From a virus (taxonomy: Duplodnaviria; Caudoviricetes): a stretch of DNA of 64,000 bases. Made by a program: the position numbers and the translations under genes. The DNA is taken from IMG/VR virus record IMGVR_UViG_3300028735_000004, positions 96,001 to 160,000 of that record; one strand, given 5' to 3'. Positions 33,951 to 43,755 of the stretch are shown here, piece after piece. The notes below the pieces were generated by a model. The model was not told the DNA's origin, did no database searches, and saw nothing but the letters and a program-made list of their open reading frames with translations. The stretch's first letter is position 1; every line of letters begins with the position of its first letter.

Positions 33951-34886
33951 TTAAAAATTTATCTTTTTATTTATTTCATTCCAGAAAACTTTAACTGCTT
34001 TTTGATATCTTTCTGGATCGTGATTTTTTAATTTCATAAAAAATGGTCTTATTGAATATACTACCTGAGCTGGTTCTTGTTTTGCGGTATCTAATAAATG
34101 TTGTTTTAACTTATTATACATATTTTCAGAACCTATCCATAATTTAGCTAATTGTTCTTTCATTTTAGGGGTTCTTTCATAATTAGCAAAAAATAAATAA
34201 TCATTAACTTCATCTGTTAAATTGGTATAAAACTCTATATCTCTTAACATATGATGAGTATCTGGCATTGATTTAGTTTTATCTTTTCTTCCGTATAAAT
34301 CAATATCTTTTTTTCTAACATTTTTAGGAGGCAATCCGGCAATATTTTTTTTTCTATCTAATCTTGTTAATTTAGTTAATATAAATTGTAATGCGTGAAT
34401 TAATTCGTGTTTTGCTGTAGTTTGATTTATATGTAATCCATATTTAAATTGGTTTAAATACGCAACATCATATTTATGTATCGCTACTTCCATTATATTG
34501 GTTTCAAAATTATACATTCCAAAAACAGAAGGATCTGCTGATAAAGCATTAATTCTTACCTCAATACTATCTTCGATTAATTCTTCTTTAAACCACTGGT
34601 ATAATAGTTTCTTTTTTTCTGGAGTTAAATATTTCCAATTAGATAATAGAAGCGGCAATCTAAACACTAATGTTTCGCCTTTAGGATCTCTTGGAATACT
34701 GGTATATTTTAAACATTCTTCTATTATTCTATCACTATGGCTTAAATCTTCGCCTTTTTCTGCTCTGCGACGCCTATTTCTTTGATGTAAAAATAACACT
34801 ACTCCTGCATAATATTCAGATACTTTTCTATTCAAAATATCTAACATTTCTTGCGGTGGTTCAAATAATCCAGATATTTTAAGCAT
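33951..34886 (-). CDS. Zincin-like HExxH protein
   Basis: 311 aa; VFGMY...TAKHELIHALQ...RDIEFY. Confidence 0.55.
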   Translation of the reverse strand: MLKISGLFEPPQEMLDILNRKVSEYYAGVVLFLHQRNRRRRAEKGEDLSHSDRIIEECLKYTSIPRDPKGETLVFRLPLLLSNWKYLTPEKKKLLYQWFKEELIEDSIEVRINALSADPSVFGMYNFETNIMEVAIHKYDVAYLNQFKYGLHINQTTAKHELIHALQFILTKLTRLDRKKNIAGLPPKNVRKKDIDLYGRKDKTKSMPDTHHMLRDIEFYTNLTDEVNDYLFFANYERTPKMKEQLAKLWIGSENMYNKLKQHLLDTAKQEPAQVVYSIRPFFMKLKNHDPERYQKAVKVFWNEINKKINF

Positions 34887-34887
34887 A

Positions 34888-35772
34888 TTATCCTATTGAT
34901 TGATAAAACATTATTATTTTATTTATAAAAAGTATATATTTTTTAAATATTTTATCTCGTTGTTCTTTATTATCAGTATCAATATCAAAATATTCTCGAT
35001 TTAATAATTCGTTTTCTTCTTTAAAATAATCAATATTGTTTTTAATTAATGAATAAAATTGTCGTATTTTATTTAATTGTTTTGAATGTTTAGCGTTATC
35101 TAACATCTCATATATGTAATGTATAAATGCATCTAAAACATCTGAAACCTTTATGGGATGAAATTTAAATTGTAAATCAAGCGTATCAAAAGGTTCAGAA
35201 CTATTTAAGGCTTTTTTTAATTCATCTATATATTTATAACAATAATTAATACTTGAAAGCATATCTTTTTTTAATCTGATTTTAGCTAATTCAAAATCTT
35301 TTTCAGATTCAGAATAATATCTTTTATCATTTCTAATTTTAGTAGTCCAATCTTTAAAGCTATGAATATCTCCGCTTTCAGTTAAAATATCTTCTACTTC
35401 TTTATAAACATCAATTGGATCAATAAGTTCTTTTGCATCCATTAATCTTTTAATTTTATTAAATTTGCCTGGTCCAAAAGAACCGGTATGATCTTTTTCA
35501 AATACATTGATAGGTTTTAATGTATATTCAAGTCGTTCTCTGGCGTGTCTTAATTCATTTAAAACCGCTCTAACCCCATACCTGACCAAATCGTCAAGTC
35601 CCTCGGTAGCGGCTTTTAATGCTTTATAATCAACAATTCCTGAAGTATGATATATTTCTGTAGGTATTGCTAAACTTGGAATAATGCTATACATTATTCT
35701 TTTAGCCATCTCGTGCTTAATATCAGCATCACAAAATTTAAAATAATTATCTATATTATAAAATAAATTCAC
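34888..35772 (-). CDS. Hypothetical protein
   Basis: 294 aa ORF with GTG start, co-oriented and tightly packed. Confidence 0.6.
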   Translation of the reverse strand: MNLFYNIDNYFKFCDADIKHEMAKRIMYSIIPSLAIPTEIYHTSGIVDYKALKAATEGLDDLVRYGVRAVLNELRHARERLEYTLKPINVFEKDHTGSFGPGKFNKIKRLMDAKELIDPIDVYKEVEDILTESGDIHSFKDWTTKIRNDKRYYSESEKDFELAKIRLKKDMLSSINYCYKYIDELKKALNSSEPFDTLDLQFKFHPIKVSDVLDAFIHYIYEMLDNAKHSKQLNKIRQFYSLIKNNIDYFKEENELLNREYFDIDTDNKEQRDKIFKKYILFINKIIMFYQSIG

Positions 35773-35916
35773 ATATATATGCTATTTAATTAGATATTTA
35801 ATTATAAATATTTTCTTTCAAAATAAATTGTAGTATCTTTATATAAGAAATTAACTATATTAGAAAGAACTCTATTGCCACCATATTCTATTATATCAAT
35901 AATTAATATGATATAT

Positions 35917-36813
35917 TTATAAAATTTGTCGTTCTCTAAGAAACCGCAGGCGCATCAAACTTGGAGATGCATTTAGTGGTCTCAAAGTTCCAACGCCAAA
36001 TGGAGCTGGGCGCATATTGTTCTTAATAAACTTCAATTTCTCAAAATAATTATTTAATAAAGTGCTATATTGGGTATTTAACATTTCTGCAATAGACGGT
36101 GGGGTAAAATTAACTCCATTATCTGTAATTTGAAACTCACGACCTCTTTCAATTAGTGCCTTAGATGCTAATGCCATTAATGTTGCGCCTTCTACTAAAA
36201 CATTATGAAACTGATCAATAATAGGAGTATCTTCAAAACTAAAAAATGTAAAAAATGGAATTTCGTTAAAAGCACTTAAAGAATCAGCAAGAAATGTGGT
36301 TAGCATATCTACACTAAAGATATCACAATCAACATAAATAATATTGCCGTAATTATCTTTGCTTTTTGATTTACCGCTGCTATTTAATCTTGCTCGCAAA
36401 GTTTTCATCAATTTATTAATATTAGCAATAGCATTTTGAGAATAATTAAATCCAGGATCATCTCCTAAATGAATATAACCGTCAGTATTTAAAGCTGGAG
36501 TTTGGGTAAAATGTACAACAAAATTAAAACTGGCTTCTATACGAAAACCGTCCATATGTCCAATCCAAGTATCATTCCATACTCCAAATGGACCCTCAAA
36601 ACCTATTGGGAACAAATACTCATATGTACCAGTGCTAATTTGAGATACACCCGAACTTGTAGGACCAGCAACTAATAATCCGCTTGGTTGCCTAATGCTA
36701 ACCTGAGGAAAAGCATCAAGATCTTTTGCTTGACCAAAACCATCTTTAAAAGTAGCTCTTAAAGATACTGTATCTTTTGGCCCAATAAATTCTCCGCGCA
36801 TTTTTACTGTCAT
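35917..36813 (-). CDS. Head-tail adaptor / neck protein with N-terminal Ig-like domain
   Basis: 298 aa; VLVEGATLMALASKALIERGREFQITDNGVNF...LNTQY adaptor-like helical region. Confidence 0.55.
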   Translation of the reverse strand: MTVKMRGEFIGPKDTVSLRATFKDGFGQAKDLDAFPQVSIRQPSGLLVAGPTSSGVSQISTGTYEYLFPIGFEGPFGVWNDTWIGHMDGFRIEASFNFVVHFTQTPALNTDGYIHLGDDPGFNYSQNAIANINKLMKTLRARLNSSGKSKSKDNYGNIIYVDCDIFSVDMLTTFLADSLSAFNEIPFFTFFSFEDTPIIDQFHNVLVEGATLMALASKALIERGREFQITDNGVNFTPPSIAEMLNTQYSTLLNNYFEKLKFIKNNMRPAPFGVGTLRPLNASPSLMRLRFLRERQIL

Positions 36814-36857
36814 TTAGTTAGTCCTTGTTATATAAATGCGGCAATAATAATATAATA

Positions 36858-37412
36858 TTATTGTGTTTTAGGCTTGCTGTAATATATTTTCTTTATATGA
36901 TCTGGCACATCACCTTCTAATCTTTGCGTAAATTTATTTTCTTTATTGATTTTAGGTGGTGGTTCTGAAGCTGGTTGAATCAAAATCAATTCTTTAATGC
37001 TTTCGTCAGTTAAGAAATCTGTTGCTTTTGCTAAATTTGGAAAAACTTTTGATGTTATTTGTCTGGCGCCTCTTGCTTTATAAATAACTCTATATGGTTG
37101 AGTTTCAGATGCGGTGGCTTGTTTAAATTTAGTTTTTAAATGCTCTGAAATAAGTATGGGTATAACTTTATTAATATCTAATTTTTCTGCTTCAATTGCA
37201 CGACGAAGTTTGGCAAAAGCTTTACCTTCAGCAACATTATGTCCGTAAGGTTTATCATAATATCCCATATGACTTGGATATTTGCTTGATAATTCATTAT
37301 ATTTTCATATAATTTTTTAAATGTTTCCCAAACCTCAGGAGCAATTTAATGGTGCAGCAAATTTTGCAAGATTATAATACAAATAAGATGATTTTAGTAA
37401 ATTAAAATACAT
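36858..37412 (-). pseudogene. Hypothetical protein with two 5' frameshifts (track ORF 36858..37268 is its 3' part)
   Basis: An ATG at 37412 abuts the upstream stop; restoring one A at ~37346 and one at ~37303 gives MYFNLLKSSYLYYNLAKFAAPLKIAPEVWETFKKLYEKYNELSSKYPSHMGYYDK... Confidence 0.6.
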
Positions 37413-37748
37413 TTATCCTGGACTAACGCTATACTGACCAAATGGAGCGGAAACAACAATTTGGTATGTTTCAGTTTTAGTATAAGTTCCAGAAGGTTCA
37501 ATATAAGAAACGCTAATTAAATAAGTTCCAACCGCAGATGATCCTGAGGGTAAAATAAATGAATGATAATATAATCCAGTATCGTATTTGGTCATTGATA
37601 TTGGATAAGCCAAAGATAATGATAAATTAGGTAGTATTACTTTATCAACTACAGGAACAGTATATCCATCAGATGCAACTCCATTAGCATCTACTACTTG
37701 TAAATAAAATAAAACAGTTTGTCCAGGACTATAAGATAAAGTAATCAT
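37413..37748 (-). CDS. Small Ig-like virion protein
   Basis: 111 aa, all-beta; resembles the N-domain of 35917..36813 (GLYYHSFILP...GTYLISV). Confidence 0.55.
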   Translation of the reverse strand: MITLSYSPGQTVLFYLQVVDANGVASDGYTVPVVDKVILPNLSLSLAYPISMTKYDTGLYYHSFILPSGSSAVGTYLISVSYIEPSGTYTKTETYQIVVSAPFGQYSVSPG

Positions 37749-37797
37749 TTTTCTCTAAATTAATGTTAAAATATTAATAAAAGCATATTATATTGTA

Positions 37798-38193
37798 ATG
37801 TATGGTAAAAAATCAAAAGAAGAGTTGTGGGTAAGTAATATATCTAATACAGATGTTAGTTTATCTGATTTAGGTATTACTATTCAAAAATACACAACCG
37901 TTGATTTATTTAATTTTAAAAAATATCCTTTTTTAAATAAACAATTAGTTATCCAATCTATCCAAACCGGCTCAATCTCAAAAAGACCAAATAAATTAAT
38001 CATTAGACTATTACCTCCAGAAAAGAAAAAAATAAAAAATTTACCAGTAAGTGATAAACCTTTAACCGGCTCATTATATCAAAAAAATGCCGTTAAAGTC
38101 GATAAAGAAGTGTTTGAAGAATTAGATTTGCCAGATGAAGTTTATGCAGAAGAAAACGCAGATTTTGCCGAATTTGATAGGAACAAGAAATGA
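37798..38193 (+). CDS. Hypothetical protein
   Basis: 131 aa, first of a divergent three-gene unit. Confidence 0.65.
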   Translation: MYGKKSKEELWVSNISNTDVSLSDLGITIQKYTTVDLFNFKKYPFLNKQLVIQSIQTGSISKRPNKLIIRLLPPEKKKIKNLPVSDKPLTGSLYQKNAVKVDKEVFEELDLPDEVYAEENADFAEFDRNKK

Positions 38194-38321
38194 AACAACA
38201 AGTAAAAACCGTTAAAAATGTTGAAGAAAAAGATTTACTTCAAGAATATGATGAGTTAGATAAAAAAATAGAAGAAACAATTAAAAAAATAAAAAGTAAA
38301 AAAATAAAAGCAGTAAAATAA
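38190..38321 (+). CDS. Small Lys-rich hypothetical protein (43 aa)
   Basis: ATGA overlap with the upstream stop; MKQQVKTVKNVEEKDLLQEYDELDKKIEETIKKIKSKKIKAVK. Confidence 0.5.
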   Translation: MKQQVKTVKNVEEKDLLQEYDELDKKIEETIKKIKSKKIKAVK

Positions 38322-38330
38322 AGGTTTAAG

Positions 38331-38789
38331 ATGACCGACAAAAAAGATACCGGAATAACATCTTCCGAATTGCAATATATTTTAGATATTAATAAAAAAG
38401 CAATAGAGATCTATATTGAGGTCGAAAAACAAAATGAAGAAGTGTTGCATAATATCAATGAATTTAAAGAAAAAGTAGAAAATATTACTTTAAATTTAAG
38501 TGATTTAAATCATATTAATGACAAGATAGAAGATAAAATAGAGTTAAATAATAAAAAAATACAAGAAAATGAAGAAAAAATATTAAAAGAATTAGAGGAA
38601 TTTAAAAAAACTACTGTTGAAACTTTAGATAAATTAGATAAAAGTGTATCTGGTATTAAAACAGATACACAAAAACAATTACAAGATTTAGATAAGAATT
38701 TTTTTAGATTACTTATTGTACTTGGAACTATCGGTGGTGGAACTATCCTAACTATAATAAAACAAGTTATAGATATTATTAAACATTAA
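38331..38789 (+). CDS. Coiled-coil protein with C-terminal transmembrane helix
   Basis: 152 aa heptad pattern, then FFRLLIVLGTIGGGTILTII. Confidence 0.65.
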   Translation: MTDKKDTGITSSELQYILDINKKAIEIYIEVEKQNEEVLHNINEFKEKVENITLNLSDLNHINDKIEDKIELNNKKIQENEEKILKELEEFKKTTVETLDKLDKSVSGIKTDTQKQLQDLDKNFFRLLIVLGTIGGGTILTIIKQVIDIIKH

Positions 38790-38800
38790 TTATTTAAATA

Positions 38801-40711
38801 TTAAGTGGCTATAATTTTGGCTGCCATTAACTTAGCTAATAAATTATTAAAATCAGATTTTAAACTATTTAAGTCAACAGCTGTAGAATCAGATTGACTT
38901 TACCCCATAGCAGGCAATGGTTCTAAGAAATTAAGGCTGTATCCCAACACTCCCATAATCCACCATTATCTGAAACTGTGTTTCCTACCACAGTAGGCCA
39001 AGTGGGTTCAATTAATCCGGTGGTTATTTCTTGTTTAGATCTATAAATATAACCATTTGGAGTAGTAGGAATAATGACACTTCCTGTTAAATATGAAATA
39101 GATGCCGTCCAAGTTGTAGGTCTTCCCCCAAGCCCAAGGAATACCTCCTGGCCTAACAACTCTCCATCCCCAATTCAAAATAATCAACCGCTCCGCCCTC
39201 TTGCGTTTTGAATTTTCTAAGAGCAACTGATGCCACTTGTGTCTCTGCTCCTAATTGGATTGGATATTGTGATGGTTATGGTGTTATTACAGTAAATCCA
39301 AAATTAAAAAATGAATTTGAGGTAATTGATTTTGGTTTTATAGCAAATGGATTAGATCAATATGCTCAACAAAATAGTTTTGCGTTAAATACAGTTATGC
39401 AAAAAGTATCTTCTGGTGATATAATTAAATTATCAAGTGGTACGGCAAAAATATCTTCTCAATGGTTGATTGATAAAGGTGTTATAATTGAAGGCTCTGG
39501 CGGATTCGTAGGCAGTACATTAATAGCGATGAGTAATGCTAGTGATTATGGTATAATTATAGATTCAGAGACAATTAAATCTATTATATTATTTATTGGA
39601 GCATATACAGGAGATTATTGTGGATTACCTAATGCTGAAGTCGATTGGGCCAGAATTTCTGATGTACAAGTGCAATCTGGATCTTATCGATCTGGAAATT
39701 TAATTGATGGTATTGCCGTTTTTGGTCATGGTATTAAAATAGATAAATGTCATGTTTACTCTATGGCTCAACACGGAATCAGAGTTGAAGGTCCAGTAAA
39801 TGCTAATGCAAATAATTGTGTTGTATCTGATTGTAGAGTTGCAAATTGTGGTGGAGATGGTATTAGAGTTGGTGGGTATGACGGTAATGCTTGTATTATT
39901 GAAAAATGTGATTGCACAAATAATGGAAATGCTCAATATAGGGATTTTTCTTTTTTAGGAAATACATTTATATCTTGCCACGCCGATGCTGCAACAGGGG
40001 AGTGGGGATATTATGCAAATAGATACGGCTCACCAACAACTTCTGTTTATATAGGATGTTATTCAGAAGCAAATGCGCCAAGTTATTTCTATGGAAGCAT
40101 AGCTATTAGGGGTGGGGCTATAGGAAATGTAACAAGAAACAGTATTTTTGTTGGAGAAACTTATGGTAGAGGTGGATATATGGTATCTAGACCTCAAACT
40201 TTTTCTTCAGATTTTTTAAATAAACAAGAATTATGGAGAAATCATACATATAGCACCAATGATATTATAGGTTATAATGGGTATATATATACTGTTACAG
40301 CCGGTGGTAAAACAGCTGATGTTCAACATAATTTACCAGTAATTAATGGTCAAACAGTTGTTGATGGAACTGCTACTTTAAGATGTGATGGCGCTAATAC
40401 TACGGAAAGAGATCCTACAATTGTTCATGTAGGAGGTATACCAGGTACAGAAAGAATAGGCGTGTTAGCTTTCGCAGGTACTCCTGAACTATTTGAACCT
40501 ACGGCACAAGCATATACATCACCAAGATTAAATGATGATTTAGGTATAATTTCACCAGTAAAATAAACATCTATATTATTTGACGAAGTACTTGGATAAG
40601 AATAAGTATCTGATGACGGATTTATTATAATAAATTAAATTCTTTATTTCTTAAATTTGTAGTAGCTGCAATTAACTGATTATTATTAACTCTAAAAATT
40701 TTTGCCGACAT
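38801..40711 (-). pseudogene. Tailspike/head-fibre gene disrupted by an internal inversion plus frameshifts
   Basis: N-terminus (MSAKIFRVN...) on the minus strand from 40711; middle on the plus strand (track ORF 39208..40566, beta-helix); C-terminus on the minus strand (CBM-like module, then QSDSTAVDLNSLKSDFNNLLAKLMAAKII). Confidence 0.8.
39236..40510. other. Inverted 1.27 kb segment bounded by 6-bp inverted repeats CTTGTG / CACAAG
   Basis: CTTGTG at 39236-39241 and CACAAG at 40505-40510; re-inversion gives in-frame junctions ...GDVYAC|VSAPNWIG... and ...FEPTAQ|VASVALRK... Confidence 0.8.
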
Positions 40712-42891
40712 TATTCAATCCTTATAGCATTAGTGCCATCACTTATAATTTGATATGCTTTACTTCCTGGAACAACTACCCCTGTATCGCCAACAGAAGC
40801 TTTAATTGTAGCAGGATATCCGGTATTATTCCAAAAAACTCTTGTCCAACCATTAACTCCAAATTGCGCTACAACAATAAAAGATGCAACTGGAGAGCCG
40901 GTTAGTTTAATTCTATCATTATTCATCTGATAATCATTTAATGTAATAGTTCCTCCAGCGGTGCAATTTACTGATACAATACCAGAAGATTGTAAGGGTT
41001 CTAGTGCCCACTGATTGGCCGGAACATCTAAATCTAATAAACAACTCCAAGTTAAATGATTATCTACGGTATTATATCCAACAGATGTTCCCCAAGATGG
41101 TTCAGAAGCTCCACTAATTCTGCTAAAAGAATTATCTGGTGCTCCGCTTTCATATCCAGCTAATCTGTAAACATAACCATTTGCTACGGTGGGTTTTATT
41201 AATGTACCTATTGCATAGTGAGTATTTGCTGACCAAGTAGTTGCTAATGCTGCTCTTCCACAAGCGATTTTAACAGTCCATCCTGGCCCACCAGATCTTT
41301 GATAAGGAGATCCTGATTGAGCTCCATTTAATATTAAATCTCCTGGACGATACCAATTGAAGTATCCGGCACGACCAGTAAATGGAGTATCTTGAACTAC
41401 TTGTGCTATTCTTCGCTCATCACCATATGAACCGTGCCAAACATCAGATAACATAATTTGGCCTGGTGCCGGACCAGATTCATATCCGGTTAACCAATAG
41501 CCAAATGTTTGAACACCTCCAGCTAAACCTACCAACCATCTTTCTGTTACACCTGTATATGCGCTTTTTTTAGCCATCCAATAAGGAGGTGTTGCTCCAG
41601 AAGGTTTTTGCCATCCAAGAGACCATCCTTCAGAAGTACCACCTCCTATCGTATGAAAAACCTCTACTGGTTGAGTATAAGTTCCTTCACATCTCCAAAC
41701 TAATCCTTCATATTCTGATACTGTTTGACCAACTACTGTAGGCCATACAGGAGGTAATTCTCCACCGGGATGATATGTTCCATAAGTTCTTCCTGAACTT
41801 AAAGCTTTATAATAATATCCATTATTTGGTTGATAATAATCATTTTGTGCAATAAAAATTCCGTACCCTGCACCTTGTCCAGGATAACCTCTTACTGATG
41901 AATATCTATTTCTAACACTTAATGAAGATGGCCCTGCACTTGCTGGTGCAAAACCCCAAAACGAAGAATCATTATGAATATAAGCTAAATCACCACCAAC
42001 AACTGCTATATTACCTTTAAATATAGATGGTGCATCCTGTTCGGCATAACATCCAAAAAATGAAGAAAATGTAGGAGAAGATATTCGATCACAATCATAA
42101 TTTAATCTTCTATTAGCGGAAGTATGACATCCTACCCATGTACATCCCAAAAAAGAATGATCATAAATGCCAGTATCCCAATTACCAGATGCGTCTATAT
42201 TTATTCCAAGGCATACATTAGAGTCATCTCCTATTAAAGTAATACCATTTCTGCCATTATTACTTAAAACAAGATCTCTAAATTGAGTATTATTTCCATT
42301 TACCTGTGGAGTAAATGTTGGAGGATAACTTGCATATAAGATGATACCATCTCTTGGAAAACCTAATACATGTATTTCTCTAAAAATGGAGCCGTGAGAC
42401 ATAACCCTGATTCCATCCATATTTGCAGGTCCGCCGGGAAAAGTAGGACCTCCGTTTGATTGGCTGTTTTTAAGAAAAAATCCTTCAACCACACACCAAT
42501 CAGCTTTACCTCTTGCAGGGCTCATTGCTTGTCCGATCCAATATCCTGTTACGGCTATAGCGCAATATACAGTTTCTCCACCAACTGTGGGAATGCCGGT
42601 CGCTGTAGTTAAATTAAAATTACCAGTTGCAGTGTCAGCAGTAATAGTGGTATTGCCGTTTGCGAAGCCGGCTCCCCTAAATGTAATACTTTTTGATATA
42701 ACAATTGGTCTTGTTATTCGATAATTTCCGGGAGGTAAAAATACAATCGCCCCATCATTTAAAGGATCATTTGAGTGTGGATTTACTACGGCATCAATTG
42801 CCGCTTGAATAGCATATCCATCATCATTAATTCCGTCGCCTTTTGCACCGAAATCTCTTACATCATAAGTTGGAATTTTTACATAGGATAT
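40711..42891 (-). CDS. Tailspike-like protein (pectate-lyase-like head, beta-helix, CBM-like repeats); apparent start is ATA
   Basis: Frame is open 122 codons beyond the track start: SYVKIPTYDVRDFGAKGDGINDDGYAIQAAIDA...VFLPPGNYRI; AGGT lies 5 nt before ATA at 42891; 726 aa. Confidence 0.75.
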   Translation of the reverse strand: MSYVKIPTYDVRDFGAKGDGINDDGYAIQAAIDAVVNPHSNDPLNDGAIVFLPPGNYRITRPIVISKSITFRGAGFANGNTTITADTATGNFNLTTATGIPTVGGETVYCAIAVTGYWIGQAMSPARGKADWCVVEGFFLKNSQSNGGPTFPGGPANMDGIRVMSHGSIFREIHVLGFPRDGIILYASYPPTFTPQVNGNNTQFRDLVLSNNGRNGITLIGDDSNVCLGINIDASGNWDTGIYDHSFLGCTWVGCHTSANRRLNYDCDRISSPTFSSFFGCYAEQDAPSIFKGNIAVVGGDLAYIHNDSSFWGFAPASAGPSSLSVRNRYSSVRGYPGQGAGYGIFIAQNDYYQPNNGYYYKALSSGRTYGTYHPGGELPPVWPTVVGQTVSEYEGLVWRCEGTYTQPVEVFHTIGGGTSEGWSLGWQKPSGATPPYWMAKKSAYTGVTERWLVGLAGGVQTFGYWLTGYESGPAPGQIMLSDVWHGSYGDERRIAQVVQDTPFTGRAGYFNWYRPGDLILNGAQSGSPYQRSGGPGWTVKIACGRAALATTWSANTHYAIGTLIKPTVANGYVYRLAGYESGAPDNSFSRISGASEPSWGTSVGYNTVDNHLTWSCLLDLDVPANQWALEPLQSSGIVSVNCTAGGTITLNDYQMNNDRIKLTGSPVASFIVVAQFGVNGWTRVFWNNTGYPATIKASVGDTGVVVPGSKAYQIISDGTNAIRIE

Positions 42892-42928
42892 TATTTACCT
42901 AAAATAATATCCTTTTATTAATAAAATA

Positions 42929-43147
42929 TTATTTAATAATTTTTACATTAATGGCTTTAGGATCGCCTTTTATATTTTGGCCGACCTCAAATTCAACTTC
43001 CGCATCTTTTGGTACAGTTTTAAAACCATCAACTAAAATATCTGAATAATGCAAAAATATATCTTTTTGTTGCTTGCCTTCTTGTTCCCAAGAAATAAAA
43101 CCATAACCTTTTTTATTATTAAACCAACAAACTTTACCTTTAAACAT
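42929..43147 (-). CDS. cspA: Cold-shock domain protein
   Basis: GKVCWFNNKKGYGFI (RNP1) and DIFLHYSDI (RNP2). Confidence 0.95.
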   Translation of the reverse strand: MFKGKVCWFNNKKGYGFISWEQEGKQQKDIFLHYSDILVDGFKTVPKDAEVEFEVGQNIKGDPKAINVKIIK

Positions 43148-43158
43148 TCTTTTCTTCC

Positions 43159-43404
43159 TTATTTAATAATCTTACCATTTACCTCTATTGCATCTGCAGC
43201 TCCAAGTAATCTATTAATTTCTTGAGCCCCCATTGCCGCAATAGCTTCTCGTTCTTGTTGATTAGTACAATTTTTTAATAATTTATCATACTTATCGAAT
43301 ATTTTAAGCAAATCACCCTCAAAACCCCAAGCTCGACCGCTCTCTAATAATTTTTTACGAGTTTCTTGCTCATTTAAAAGTTTCTTACCATTAACTCTTT
43401 TCAT
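43159..43404 (-). CDS. Hypothetical protein
   Basis: 81 aa ORF in the operon. Confidence 0.6.
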   Translation of the reverse strand: MKRVNGKKLLNEQETRKKLLESGRAWGFEGDLLKIFDKYDKLLKNCTNQQEREAIAAMGAQEINRLLGAADAIEVNGKIIK

Positions 43405-43426
43405 AATTCTTTATATATCAAGCAAA

Positions 43427-43726
43427 TTATTGTTGTGCCCAAGCTTCAACAGAAACAACAGGATTAGTTCCAGATTTTACTCTAAACCATATTAAACATA
43501 TATTTCTATTTACAAAATTTAAAGTAGCTCTATTGGTACCATAATTTAATTCTCCGTGGACGGTTGTTCCATTGAAAGAATACTCTACAACTCCTGTGCC
43601 TTCAATATGAAAAACTGCTCCAGAAGTTTTAAAAGTAATAATCATATCCGGATTTGTACCAAATTGGGTGCTACTTACAGTTGTTTTTTGAAAAAAATTA
43701 AAATCTTGACCTTGGGTTTTAGCCAT
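43427..43726 (-). CDS. Hypothetical small beta protein
   Basis: 99 aa with AGGAG RBS. Confidence 0.65.
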   Translation of the reverse strand: MAKTQGQDFNFFQKTTVSSTQFGTNPDMIITFKTSGAVFHIEGTGVVEYSFNGTTVHGELNYGTNRATLNFVNRNICLIWFRVKSGTNPVVSVEAWAQQ

Positions 43727-43755
43727 AATAATCTCCTAAATAATATTCCTAAATA

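Noticed and set aside
39208-40566. Independent plus-strand tailspike gene
   Set aside because: Its TTG start and its stop fall outside the inverted-repeat boundaries; better explained as the inverted interior of the minus-strand gene
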